Numbered from the stretch's first letter, positions 45,467-55,060 are shown. The stretch is DNA of 64,000 nucleotides from an uncultured Clostridia bacterium (GCA_949878885.1 CATLBN010000002.1:18774-82773); one strand, 5' to 3'. Notes: generated from the sequence alone by a model not told the origin. A program made the numbers and translations.

Positions 45467-46510
45467 ATGGATAAAGAACAGTTAAACGAAGATACGGAAA
45501 AGCAAACCGAAGAAAAACAGGTTGTCCGTCATACCATAACCGCCGAAGAAACGTTTACGCTTGCAAAAGACGTTTTCGATTTGCGCTGTTTTATAAAAAA
45601 CGTTTACAGCAACCGCGCCGTAATTGCGCGCAGGTTAAACGTTTTAACGCTTTCCTTAAGCACGGCTTTCACTTTGCTGTATGCGGCGTACGTAATTTTT
45701 ACAGCGCTCACAAGCAAGCTTAATATAAAGCTTGAAATAGTTTTGTATTCACTTTTGGGCGTGTACGCGCTGCTGTTTACGGTGCTGTTAATTATTACCG
45801 CGTGCAGCGTCCGCGCAAAAACAAAAAATTTGCGCGCTATTAAACGCGTGCTGGCGGTTTTTAAAATTTTGGTCAGACTGTCTTCCATAGCAATTTCAAT
45901 AGCCGCCATAGTTCTGTCAACCGTAGGCGGAGAGCTGGAAGCTTCGGGAATGGCTTTAAACGTTGTAATAATCGTGTTTTCGATTATTATGCTGGTTATT
46001 CAAATTATTCCGCTGCTGTTCGGCGGATTGGGTAAAATGGCGCGTTGGCTGCTATCTCCCGTAAAAACAAAATACCGTTTTGCAACGGTAGCGTTGGAGT
46101 GGTACGAACTTGCCGTTTCCGGTTCGGATATGGGCAGCGTAAAAAAGGTTTCAAGCCGTTATTTTGAAGATATAGGGGCGTTAATCGATAATTATTTAGT
46201 ACCTTCGCTGGGTAAAAAATATATAAACACAATTAAGTCCGCCGCTCTTTTAAACGTTGTAAACCGCGCGGACGAGGGCGACAGACCAGTGCTTGAAGGG
46301 GTTTTGAAAAATTTGTTCAATTATGCAACCGAACGCGGCTACGTTACTTTTGACCCCTGTAAGGATTTGAATTTTCAAGGCAGCGTGGAGGAGGAAGTAA
46401 AACCGCCTAAACCCACAATGAAAGGCAGGCTTTTGAAAATGGGACAGAAAATAGGTAAATCTATGCTTGACAAGTACATTACGGGCAGCACTAACGACGA
46501 TAAAAAATAA
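45467..46510 (+). CDS. membrane protein of unknown function (4 TM helices + about 150-aa C-terminal soluble domain)
   Basis: 347 aa from ATG 45467. The ORF-track start 45413 overlaps the ABC-F 3' end. Acidic N-terminus, four long hydrophobic helices, C-terminal domain ending ...VLKNLFNYATERGYVTFDPCKDLNF.... Confidence 0.6.
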   Translation: MDKEQLNEDTEKQTEEKQVVRHTITAEETFTLAKDVFDLRCFIKNVYSNRAVIARRLNVLTLSLSTAFTLLYAAYVIFTALTSKLNIKLEIVLYSLLGVYALLFTVLLIITACSVRAKTKNLRAIKRVLAVFKILVRLSSIAISIAAIVLSTVGGELEASGMALNVVIIVFSIIMLVIQIIPLLFGGLGKMARWLLSPVKTKYRFATVALEWYELAVSGSDMGSVKKVSSRYFEDIGALIDNYLVPSLGKKYINTIKSAALLNVVNRADEGDRPVLEGVLKNLFNYATERGYVTFDPCKDLNFQGSVEEEVKPPKPTMKGRLLKMGQKIGKSMLDKYITGSTNDDKK

Positions 46511-46525
46511 TAAAAGCAAAAGCGT

Positions 46526-46563
46526 AAAACAGCGCCGCCCTGCACGGGCGGCGCTGTTTTTTA
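46526..46563. terminator. bidirectional terminator between the membrane-protein gene and glyQS
   Basis: 11-bp stem cagcgccgccc/gggcggcgctg (46530-46540 / 46546-46556) flanked by aaaa and tttttt. Confidence 0.85.
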
Positions 46564-46571
46564 AAATTATT

Positions 46572-47975
46572 TTAAAATTCCAAAGTTTTTTCTATATAGC
46601 ATTCAAGCTCGTCAATCTTAATGCGAATCTGCTTCATACTGTCTCTGTCGCGCACCGTAACCGAATTGTCTTCAAGCGTGTCAAAGTCAACCGTAATGCA
46701 AACAGGCGTTCCTATTTCGTCTTGACGGCGGTAACGTTTGCCTATGGAGCCCGTTACGTCGTAAGTTACGGAAAACTTTTTTGCAAGCGCTTTGTAAACT
46801 TTGTCGGCTTTATCGCTAAGCCCTTTCTGCAAAGGTAAAACAGCCGCTTTATAGGGAGCAAGAAAAGGATGCAGGTGCAAAACAGTTCTCACGTCGTTCT
46901 TTTCCGCGTCCAAAACTTCTTCGTCGTACGCGTCGGTTAAAAACGCAAGCAGCATTCTTTCAACGCCTACCGAAGGCTCTATTACGTACGGCACGTATTT
47001 TTCGTTTGTAACGGGGTCGGTGTACTCCATATTTTCGCCGCTTTCGGTTTGATGCTGTTTTAAATCATAATCTGTTCTGTCGGCAATGCCCCACAGTTCG
47101 CCTCTGCCGTGAGCAAATTCGTATTCGAAGTCGGTAGTAGCCTTGGAATAAAACGCAAGTTCCTCTTTGTCGTGGTCGCGCGTTGTAAGATTTTCTTCTT
47201 TAAGCCCAAGGCTAAGCAAAAAGTTTTTGCAGTAATCTTTCCAATATCCAAACCACTCCAAATCCGTTCCGGGTTTGCAGAAAAATTCAAGTTCCATCTG
47301 TTCGAATTCTCTTACGCGGAAAATAAAGTTTCCGGGGGTAATTTCGTTGCGGAACGATTTTCCTATCTGACCTATCCCGAACGGTACGCGCATACGCGCC
47401 GAGCGCTGAACGTTTTTAAAATTTACAAATATTCCCTGCGCCGTTTCAGGGCGTAGATACACGGTGTTTACACTGTCTTCCGTTACGCCCTGAAAAGTTT
47501 TAAACATAAGGTTAAATTTTCTTATAGGCGTAAAATCGCTTTTGCCGCAAACAGGGCAAACAATTTTCTTTTCGGTTATAAACGCTTCCAACGCGTCGTT
47601 ATCCATAGCCTCTACTTTCAAATCAAGGTTATGTTTGCCGCAATATCCTTCTACAAGATTGTCCGCGCGGTGTCTTGCTTTGCAGTTTTTGCAATCCATC
47701 AAAGGGTCTGAAAATCCGCCCAGATGTCCCGAAGCCTTCCAAGTGCGCGTATTCATTAAAATAGCGCAGTCCAATCCCGTGTTAAACGTGTTTTCCTGCA
47801 CAAACTTTTTCCACCAGGCTTTTTTTACGTTGTTTTTAAGTTCCGCGCCCAACGGACCGAAGTCCCAGGTGTTTGCAAGTCCTCCGTAAATTTCGCTTCC
47901 GGGAAAAATGAAACCTCTGTTTTTGCAAAGCGCAACAAGCTTTTCCTGCGTTACCGTTCTTTTTTTCTTTTCCAT
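46572..47975 (-). CDS. glyQS: glycine--tRNA ligase (alpha2 homodimeric type)
   Basis: 467 aa from ATG 47975 (AAGGAG 10 nt upstream; the ORF track starts 8 codons earlier). [24 protein letters not shown] and class II motifs. Confidence 0.95.
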   Translation of the reverse strand: MEKKKRTVTQEKLVALCKNRGFIFPGSEIYGGLANTWDFGPLGAELKNNVKKAWWKKFVQENTFNTGLDCAILMNTRTWKASGHLGGFSDPLMDCKNCKARHRADNLVEGYCGKHNLDLKVEAMDNDALEAFITEKKIVCPVCGKSDFTPIRKFNLMFKTFQGVTEDSVNTVYLRPETAQGIFVNFKNVQRSARMRVPFGIGQIGKSFRNEITPGNFIFRVREFEQMELEFFCKPGTDLEWFGYWKDYCKNFLLSLGLKEENLTTRDHDKEELAFYSKATTDFEYEFAHGRGELWGIADRTDYDLKQHQTESGENMEYTDPVTNEKYVPYVIEPSVGVERMLLAFLTDAYDEEVLDAEKNDVRTVLHLHPFLAPYKAAVLPLQKGLSDKADKVYKALAKKFSVTYDVTGSIGKRYRRQDEIGTPVCITVDFDTLEDNSVTVRDRDSMKQIRIKIDELECYIEKTLEF

Positions 47976-48025
47976 AGAATTATTGCTCCTTCTCCGCACT
48001 TGGTAATAATGCGGTCAATACAGTA

Positions 48026-48054
48026 ATTTTAATTTAAAACGTTTTTATAGTCAA
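48026..48054 (-). promoter_or_regulatory. candidate sigma-A promoter of glyQS
   Basis: Minus strand TTGACT (48054-48049), 17-nt spacer, TAAAAT (48031-48026). About 45-nt leader. Confidence 0.45.
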
Positions 48055-48155
48055 GTAAATGCAAAGTTAAAAAATTTTGAAAATCCGTTTTAAACGATAT
48101 ACAAATTTTTGCTTTTATGTTACAATAAATAAAAAATATACAAAGGTGGTAAACA

Positions 48156-49817
48156 ATGCTTTCAGACATCGAAATAGCCGAAAGTTGCAAAATGCAGGAT
48201 ATACGCAAAATTGCGGAAAAGCTGAACTTAAAAGAGGACGATTTGGAGCTGTACGGCAAGTACAAAGCCAAAATCGACCTTAAAAAGGTTGCTCCCAATT
48301 CAAAACTGATACTTGTAACCGCCATAAATCCCACGGCGAGCGGAGAAGGCAAAACAACCGTTTCCATAGGTCTTGCCGACGGCATACAAAAACTCGGCAA
48401 AAAAGTTTGCCTTGCGTTAAGAGAACCCTCGCTCGGTCCCGTTTTCGGCATTAAAGGCGGAGCGGCAGGCGGCGGCTACGCGCAGGTTGTGCCTATGGCA
48501 GATATAAATTTGCATTTCACGGGCGATTTGCACGCAATTACCGCGGCAAACAATTTGCTTTGCGCAATGATAGACAACCATATTCTCCGCGGTAATCAGC
48601 TTAAAATAAAACAGGTTTATTTCCGCCGCTGTATGGATATGAACGACCGCGCTTTAAGAAACATAACGTTGCATAGTTCTGCCGGCAATATGAAAGGCTG
48701 CCAAAGCTACGACAGGGAAGAAGGTTTTGAAATTACCGCCGCAAGCGAAGTTATGGCGGTTTTATGCCTTGCAACCGACTTAAAGGATTTAAAAAGAAGA
48801 ATTGGGGAGATTGTGGTAGGCGTAGACGAAGACGGCGGTTTTGTACGCGCAAAACAGCTTAAAGCCGACGGCGCTATGACAACGCTTTTAAAAGACGCAA
48901 TAAAACCCAATCTTGTGCAAACGTTGGAAGGCACCCCCGCAATAGTTCACGGCGGACCGTTTGCAAACATTGCGCACGGCTGCAATTCTATTAGGGCAAC
49001 TTATACGGCGATGACGCTTTCCGACTACACTGTAACCGAAGCGGGCTTCGGCGCAGACCTCGGCGCGGAGAAGTTTTTGGACACAAAATGTAGAATAGCG
49101 AATATCCAGCCTGACTGCGTTGTTGTAGTTGCAACTGTAAAAGCGTTAAAACTGCACGGCGGCGCCGACAAAGCCGAACTTTGCAAAGAAGATTTAACTG
49201 CGCTTAAAGCAGGGCTTCCCAATCTTTTAAAGCACGTAGAAAATATGAAAAACGTATATAAAAAGCCCGTGGTTGTAGCAATGAACAGATTTGCAACCGA
49301 TACAAAAGCGGAAATAGACGCGGTGCTTAACGCGTGTGCGGAATCGGGCGCAAACGCAGTATTTACAGACGTGTTCTTAAAAGGCGGCGACGGCGGCGTA
49401 GAGCTTGCAAAAGCCGTGCTTAAAGAGTGCGAAAAACATTCCGAACTGCATTATTCGTATAATTTAAACGACGGAATAATTAAAAAAATAGAAGACATTG
49501 TAAAAAATATATACGGCGGCGACGGCGCTGACTTTTCGGAAGATGCGCTTGCAAAAATTAAAAATATAGAAAGCCGCGGAATATGCGGTTTGCCTGTAAT
49601 TATTGCAAAAACTCAGTATTCGCTTTCGGACGATGCAAAAAAACTTGCCGCGCCCAAGGGCTTTAAAATTTACGTGCGCGATATAATTTACAAGGGCGGC
49701 GCCGGCTTTATAGTTGCCGTTGCGGGCGAGATTATGTTAATGCCAGGTCTTTCCAAAGTTCCCTGCGCAGAACATATAGATATAAACGAAGACGGCGTTA
49801 TTACGGGATTGTCGTAA
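48156..49817 (+). CDS. fhs: formate--tetrahydrofolate ligase
   Basis: 553 aa. MLSDIEIA..., TPAGEGKTT-type P-loop (TASGEGKTTVSIGL), VHGGPFANIAHG. Confidence 0.97.
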   Translation: MLSDIEIAESCKMQDIRKIAEKLNLKEDDLELYGKYKAKIDLKKVAPNSKLILVTAINPTASGEGKTTVSIGLADGIQKLGKKVCLALREPSLGPVFGIKGGAAGGGYAQVVPMADINLHFTGDLHAITAANNLLCAMIDNHILRGNQLKIKQVYFRRCMDMNDRALRNITLHSSAGNMKGCQSYDREEGFEITAASEVMAVLCLATDLKDLKRRIGEIVVGVDEDGGFVRAKQLKADGAMTTLLKDAIKPNLVQTLEGTPAIVHGGPFANIAHGCNSIRATYTAMTLSDYTVTEAGFGADLGAEKFLDTKCRIANIQPDCVVVVATVKALKLHGGADKAELCKEDLTALKAGLPNLLKHVENMKNVYKKPVVVAMNRFATDTKAEIDAVLNACAESGANAVFTDVFLKGGDGGVELAKAVLKECEKHSELHYSYNLNDGIIKKIEDIVKNIYGGDGADFSEDALAKIKNIESRGICGLPVIIAKTQYSLSDDAKKLAAPKGFKIYVRDIIYKGGAGFIVAVAGEIMLMPGLSKVPCAEHIDINEDGVITGLS

Positions 49818-49928
49818 TTAAGTATAGAAAAGAACCTTGAAAAAGCGGTATATCGGTATGAAAAAGCCGCCGTGCAAGGGGATAAAAAAGCAAAGGAACA
49901 TTTAAACAAATACTTTAATATTCAATAA
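49818..49928 (+). other. 36-codon Sel1-like-repeat coding remnant, in frame immediately after the fhs TAA stop
   Basis: Translation LSIEKNLEKAVYRYEKAAVQGDKKAKEHLNKYFNIQ* matches the Sel1/SLR consensus (A..WY.KAA.QG...A...L). No start codon of its own. Confidence 0.35.
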
Positions 49929-49944
49929 AAGGTTTTCAAAAAAT

Positions 49945-51591
49945 ATGAAACTTCCCGAAGCGGCAAATTTTATAGAACAGATAATAAACGAAGAATTGGA
50001 AGCGGGCAAATTCGAAAGCCGCGGCAACAAACTGCAGGTGCGTTTCCCTCCCGAACCCAACGGCTATCCGCACATAGGGCACGTAAAAGCTATGTGCATA
50101 AATTTCGGGGTTAAGGAAAAGTACGGCGCAAAACTTAACTTGCGTATGGACGACACAAACCCTGCAAAAGAGGATTACGAATACGTAAATTCCATAATAG
50201 ACGCAATTAAATGGCTTGGTTTTGAATACGATAAGCTTGTTTTTGCTTCTGATTATTACGACAGGCTTTACGAAATTGCGGAAAAATACATTAAAGACGG
50301 CGTTGCATACGTTTGCGATTTATCGGCTGCGGAAATAACTGCAACGCGCGGAACTTTAACCGAAGCCGGCACGCCCTCCCCGTACAGGGAAAGAAGCGCG
50401 GAAGAAAATTTAAAACTTTTCCGCGAAATGAAAGCGGGAGTATATCCCGACGGCGCAAAAGTATTAAGGGCAAAAATAGATATGTCGTCGCCCAATTTAA
50501 ATATGCGCGACCCCGTAATATACAGAATTGCTCACGTAACGCACTACCGCACGGGTGATAAATGGTGCATTTACCCTATGTATGACTTTGCGCACCCCGT
50601 ATCCGACGCGATAGAGGGAATAACTCACTCGCTTTGCTCGCTCGAATTCGAAAATCACCGCCCGCTTTATAATTGGTTTGTGGAAAAAGCTGGTTTTCCC
50701 GAACCCCGTCCCCGTCAGATAGAGTTTGCGCGGCTTAATATTTCAAATACGCTTATGTCTAAGAGGTATTTGAAAAAGCTTGTGGACGAAGGCGTTGTGC
50801 GCGGTTGGGACGACCCCAGAATGCCTACTATCGCCGGTATTAAAAACCGCGGCGTGCCGCCCGAAGCGCTTAAAAAATTCTGCGCCGACGTGGGCGTTGC
50901 CAAGGCTTATTCGGTTGTAAATCAAGCTCAGTTAGACAGCTGCATACGCGACGAGCTCAACGCCGATGCAGAACGCGCAATGGCGGTTATTAATCCGTTA
51001 AAGCTTACAATAACCAATTACTCCGGCGAAGAAGAACTTTTATTTGATAAAAACCCCGCAAAAGAAAACTGCGGAGTGCGCAACATAAAGTTTACGGGCA
51101 GCGTGTATATAGATAAAGACGACTTTTCGCTTAATCCGCCGCCTAAGTACAAAAGATTGCAAAAGGGCGGCACGGTGCGCTTAAAGGGCGCGTATATAGT
51201 TAGGTGCGACGAAGTTAAGCTTGATAAAAACGGCGAGGCGGAAGAACTTTTATGTACGTATTTCCCCGAAACTCGCAGCGGAAGCACTGCCGAAAGTCAA
51301 ATTAAAGCTAAAGGCGTTATCCAATGGGTAGACGCAAAATACGGCGTTGACGCGGAGTTCAGACAGTACGAATCTCTTTTAACCGACGAAAAATACCCCG
51401 ACCAAGATTATGCCGAGCGCATTAATTACAACAGTGAAAAATGTTTTAAGGGAAAGGCTGAACCGTATTTGTATGAGAGCGAAAACGGCAAAGCGTTTCA
51501 GCTTATGCGCACGGGATATTATAAAAAAAGCCAAGACGGCGGTTTGCTGCTTTCGGAAATAGTGTCGTTAAAAGATAACTTTAATAAATAA
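49945..51591 (+). CDS. glnS: glutamine--tRNA ligase
   Basis: 548 aa. RFPPEPNGYPHIGH (HIGH) and LMSKR (KMSKS-type) motifs, GlnRS-type C-terminal beta-barrels. Confidence 0.93.
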   Translation: MKLPEAANFIEQIINEELEAGKFESRGNKLQVRFPPEPNGYPHIGHVKAMCINFGVKEKYGAKLNLRMDDTNPAKEDYEYVNSIIDAIKWLGFEYDKLVFASDYYDRLYEIAEKYIKDGVAYVCDLSAAEITATRGTLTEAGTPSPYRERSAEENLKLFREMKAGVYPDGAKVLRAKIDMSSPNLNMRDPVIYRIAHVTHYRTGDKWCIYPMYDFAHPVSDAIEGITHSLCSLEFENHRPLYNWFVEKAGFPEPRPRQIEFARLNISNTLMSKRYLKKLVDEGVVRGWDDPRMPTIAGIKNRGVPPEALKKFCADVGVAKAYSVVNQAQLDSCIRDELNADAERAMAVINPLKLTITNYSGEEELLFDKNPAKENCGVRNIKFTGSVYIDKDDFSLNPPPKYKRLQKGGTVRLKGAYIVRCDEVKLDKNGEAEELLCTYFPETRSGSTAESQIKAKGVIQWVDAKYGVDAEFRQYESLLTDEKYPDQDYAERINYNSEKCFKGKAEPYLYESENGKAFQLMRTGYYKKSQDGGLLLSEIVSLKDNFNK

Positions 51592-51627
51592 AAAAAACGC
51601 CGCGCGGAAAAATTTTTCGCGCGGCGC
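51591..51627 (-). terminator. rho-independent terminator (canonical for the minus-strand DUF1540 gene; also closes glnS)
   Basis: 9-bp GC stem cgccgcgcg/cgcgcggcg (51598-51606 / 51618-51626). The a7 run at 51591-51597 gives the U-tract on the minus strand. Confidence 0.8.
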
Positions 51628-51681
51628 CTGAATTGCAGGCTTTTCCGCCCGCAAAAGCAAGGTATTTAAATTAAAACTTAA

Positions 51682-51834
51682 TTAAACCTTCTCGGAATAG
51701 CTTTCGCAGCAGGTGCAATCAACCTTGCCGCAAGAACAGCCTACCTTAATATGGTCAAGCGTGCAGTTGCAGCCGGCGTGATTGTACTTGCAGGTAGATA
51801 CGTCGCAAGCTATATCGTTGTTAACGTTTTCCAT
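51682..51834 (-). CDS. small Cys-rich DUF1540-family protein
   Basis: 50 aa from ATG 51834 (GGAGGG 7 nt upstream). 10 Cys: CDVSTCKYNHAGCNCTLDHIKVGCSCGKVDCTCCES. Confidence 0.7.
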   Translation of the reverse strand: MENVNNDIACDVSTCKYNHAGCNCTLDHIKVGCSCGKVDCTCCESYSEKV

Positions 51835-51948
51835 ACAATACCCTCCGAAAGTAATTTTGCGCAAAAGTCTGCTATTTATTCAAAGCTATTGACAAAACCG
51901 TATGTTAGCTATAAAATAAAAGAGTAAAAAATATAATGAAGGTGCGTA

Positions 51949-52392
51949 ATGAAAGTTGTATTGTTGCAAGACGTAAAAGGACAGGGTAAAAAGGGAGAAG
52001 TCGTTGACGTTAACGAAGGTTACGCGCGCAATTTTCTTATAAAAAAGGGAATGGCGGAAGTTGCAACGGCAACAAAAATAAACGATATCAACCAAAAAAA
52101 AGCTGCTGCGGATTTTCATCATTCGGAAGAAGTTAAAGCCACGCGCGAACTTGCAAAAGAAATTAACGGTAAAAATTTTACGGTTAAAATAAAAGCCGGA
52201 CAAGGCGGAAAAGTTTTCGGTTCAATTACGGGCGCAAACATTGCAGAAGCGTTGCAGGCGGCAGGTTATAAAGTAGATAAAAAGAAAGTTGCGCTTTCTT
52301 CGCCTATTAAAACGCTGGGAGAGTACGAAGTGGATTTAAAGCTTATGGAGAGCATTTCGGCAAAAATCCGCGTTACGGTAGAAGCGGAATAA
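51949..52392 (+). CDS. rplI: 50S ribosomal protein L9
   Basis: 147 aa. [34 protein letters not shown] is the canonical L9 N-terminus. Confidence 0.96.
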   Translation: MKVVLLQDVKGQGKKGEVVDVNEGYARNFLIKKGMAEVATATKINDINQKKAAADFHHSEEVKATRELAKEINGKNFTVKIKAGQGGKVFGSITGANIAEALQAAGYKVDKKKVALSSPIKTLGEYEVDLKLMESISAKIRVTVEAE

Positions 52393-52402
52393 ATATTAAA
52401 TT

Positions 52403-52437
52403 AAACGGCTCGGACAATTTTGTCCGAGCCGTTTTTA
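52403..52437. terminator. bidirectional terminator between rplI and the DUF2207 gene
   Basis: 14-bp stem aaacggctcggaca/tgtccgagccgttt (52403-52416 / 52421-52434) with flanking T/A runs. Confidence 0.85.
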
Positions 52438-52476
52438 TAATTTTAGGCTTTGTTAAATGCAGTCAGCAAATTAAAA

Positions 52477-54387
52477 TTATCTGCCTCTGCCGCCACCGCC
52501 GCCGAAGCCTCCGCCGGAAAAACCGCCGCCGAAGCCGCCTCTGCCGCCCCCGTTAATCCCAGAGGAAGCAGGACGCGAAACCATATTTGAAGAAACGTTT
52601 CTCATAGTGCTTCTTAAAATGCTGTTTATAATATGGAATTCAATAACGGTGTTCAGCATAGAGCCTGTAGCCCACGCGGGCGGCTGCACCGTTAAATCGG
52701 CAAATTTTTCTTCCCATTTATCCGATACTCCCAAAACTTGGGCGTAAGGTAAAACGTGGTAGTAGAACTGCGGATTATCTTCAAGCATTTTTTCAAGCCT
52801 GTCTTTTTCGGCAAGCAGAATAAAATTTCTGAATCCCAAAATATCGTTTAGTTTGCGCGTGTATTCTTCGGTACGGTTAATAAGCGTAGAAGAAATTGCC
52901 GCTATCGCCGCGCTTGTAATACAAAGAAGAATTTTTGGTACAATTCCGATAATTGCGGAAGGTACCAAAAAAACGTAGGCAGCGCCTGCAATTATACTTA
53001 CAGCCGCCATAATGCCCGCAATACCCGCAAGTTTGCTTTTTGCCGTTTTGTGTTTTCTTGTTATTATAGATTGCCCTATTAAAGAAACTACAATGCAGGG
53101 CACTACTGCAATAAACGCAATAGCGGTTAACAGCTTGCTTGAAATTCCGAAAAACGCCAAAATAAGCGGCGCAATTCCCAAAAGCACTCCGGCAAGAGCG
53201 GCAAAAACCAACGCCGCCGTTACGCTGCTTTTTTTGTAAAGTCCCTTTATTTTAGCCGTTGCCATAGCCGTAACTTTATCTACCGTGCGGTAAAAACTGT
53301 CTGCAAGGCTTTTTGTTTGTACAACTTCGCCGTTTGCAAAAAGACTGTAAAACATAGTTTTTTCGTAGTTTTCGGCGCTATCGGGCAGGTTTTGTACTAC
53401 GCGTATCAAAGTAGGGTTGTTTTTGTCGTCAAGGTTAATTTTTAAATATCCCTTGTCTGCAAAATAATATATTAACGAAGTTATATCTTCATTGTCGATA
53501 ACGCCGTCTATAAGCACGCCCATTAAAAGAGGGTCCATATGTTCGGGAGCTTCAAAATTGACAACGGGAGTAAGAGCCGTTTTGTTGAATATAAAAAGTT
53601 TTAAAATTACAGCTAACGCCAAAATCGCTAAACCGCCTATTACAAACCAATAAGGAGTAAAATTGAAATAGCTTTTAACGGCTCCGCTTTCAAAAGACAA
53701 GTCAAACGTAATTCCCTGATACTCGCCCAAAACTTCCGCATAAGCGCGCAAAATTGTTTTGCCGTCTTCGGTTTTTTCGTTATCGGTAAATTCGTATTTT
53801 GCGGTTGAGCCTGCGCGGCCCTTGTAACAAACTGCGCCTTTATAACCTTCCGGCGCCAACAGCGTTACGCTGCAATCTCTTAAAGTGCATTCCCAGCCCG
53901 TGCCTATGGGGTTTAACGGAAGCATACCCTTATTTACCGCGGAGTTGGTAATGTTATAGAAATATGTAATGCGGTAGCTTTCGCTTTTCCCCGTTTTATT
54001 ACTGCTGTCGCCTATATCAACCGTAAGATAATTTGTATCTTCAAAATAAACGTCGTAAAATACGGGTTCGGTTTTTCCGTTTACAAGTTTTGCCACGTTG
54101 ACGTTTCTTATTTCTATTCCGCCGTTAACGGGTATATCCCTTAAAAAACCCGTGCTTGCATATCCCTTGTAACTTATGGTTATATCTTCGGTTACCGCAA
54201 TAGAGCAGTTTTTGTTTATGTCGTAAGTTACGTCGTAATGCGATACTTCGAATTTATACGCAGGGTCAGCGGCGGCGGAGGCGGCTGTATTGCCTTGCAA
54301 ACTTGCCGCAATACCGCACAGCAACGCGGCGGCAACAGCCGCAATAAGCGCTATAATACTAAAATAAGGCGCTTTGTATTTTTTCAT
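52477..54387 (-). CDS. DUF2207-family membrane protein with Gly/Arg-rich C-terminal tail
   Basis: 636 aa from ATG 54387. Signal/TM helix, extracytoplasmic beta-rich domain, several TM helices, C-terminal GGGRGGFGGGFSGGGFGGGGGRGR. Confidence 0.7.
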   Translation of the reverse strand: MKKYKAPYFSIIALIAAVAAALLCGIAASLQGNTAASAAADPAYKFEVSHYDVTYDINKNCSIAVTEDITISYKGYASTGFLRDIPVNGGIEIRNVNVAKLVNGKTEPVFYDVYFEDTNYLTVDIGDSSNKTGKSESYRITYFYNITNSAVNKGMLPLNPIGTGWECTLRDCSVTLLAPEGYKGAVCYKGRAGSTAKYEFTDNEKTEDGKTILRAYAEVLGEYQGITFDLSFESGAVKSYFNFTPYWFVIGGLAILALAVILKLFIFNKTALTPVVNFEAPEHMDPLLMGVLIDGVIDNEDITSLIYYFADKGYLKINLDDKNNPTLIRVVQNLPDSAENYEKTMFYSLFANGEVVQTKSLADSFYRTVDKVTAMATAKIKGLYKKSSVTAALVFAALAGVLLGIAPLILAFFGISSKLLTAIAFIAVVPCIVVSLIGQSIITRKHKTAKSKLAGIAGIMAAVSIIAGAAYVFLVPSAIIGIVPKILLCITSAAIAAISSTLINRTEEYTRKLNDILGFRNFILLAEKDRLEKMLEDNPQFYYHVLPYAQVLGVSDKWEEKFADLTVQPPAWATGSMLNTVIEFHIINSILRSTMRNVSSNMVSRPASSGINGGGRGGFGGGFSGGGFGGGGGRGR

Positions 54388-54451
54388 ATTAACCTCTAAA
54401 AAGCCCCTTATATGCTTTTTTGTGCGCAAAGGGGCTTAAAATTATATTTTG

Positions 54452-55042
54452 TTAAAACTGAACTTTAACGTTTTGTCTTTCTTCGGGCGAATCAACCGTA
54501 AAATAAGCTGCTTTTTCCATATGCATACGCTTTGCAACAATAAATGCGGGGAAGCTTTCGCGCTTAACGTTTAATTCGCGTGCGCAGGCGTTGGAATATT
54601 TTCTGGATTGCGAAAGTTCGCCTTCTATATTTTTAAGCTGATACTGCAAATCCAAAAAGTTTTGGTTTGCTTTTAAATCGGGATATTTTTCCATAACCAA
54701 ATTAAAAGAGCGTATAGCCTGCGTCATAGCTTTATCCGCAACGGCTTTATCTTCCAAAGTTACTGCGTTTTGCGCCATATTGCGCGCTTCGGTAACTTTT
54801 AAAAGCGTATCTTTTTCGTGCGCGGCATATGCTTTTACCGTTTCAACAAGGTTGGGTATAAGGTCGAAACGCTTTTTCAAATAAACGTCTATCGTAGAAA
54901 TAGCGTCTTCGTATTGGCTTTTAAGTCTTATAAGTTTGTTGTAGGTTGAAAAATACCAAATTAAAATAGCAAGCAAAATTACAACCACAACCGCGGCAAC
55001 AATTCCGCCGATAGCGGCGCCGCTGAGAGCAAGTAAATTCAT
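54452..55042 (-). CDS. LemA family protein
   Basis: 196 aa. N-terminal TM helix, then YNKLIRLKSQYEDAISTIDVYLKKRFDLIPNLVETVK, typical of LemA. Confidence 0.88.
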   Translation of the reverse strand: MNLLALSGAAIGGIVAAVVVVILLAILIWYFSTYNKLIRLKSQYEDAISTIDVYLKKRFDLIPNLVETVKAYAAHEKDTLLKVTEARNMAQNAVTLEDKAVADKAMTQAIRSFNLVMEKYPDLKANQNFLDLQYQLKNIEGELSQSRKYSNACARELNVKRESFPAFIVAKRMHMEKAAYFTVDSPEERQNVKVQF

Positions 55043-55060
55043 AATATAAACTCCTTAAAT

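Noticed and set aside
48029-48451. 140-aa minus-strand ORF spanning the fhs start and the glyQS-fhs spacer
   Set aside because: It overlaps the fhs 5' end antisense and the promoter region. Its N-terminal half mirrors Fhs codons, and there is no SD or recognisable domain.
52477-52620. GGC/GCC-rich repetitive DNA that looks like a short tandem-repeat array
   Set aside because: It is the coding sequence of the Gly-rich C-terminal tail of the DUF2207 protein, not a CRISPR or an intergenic repeat.
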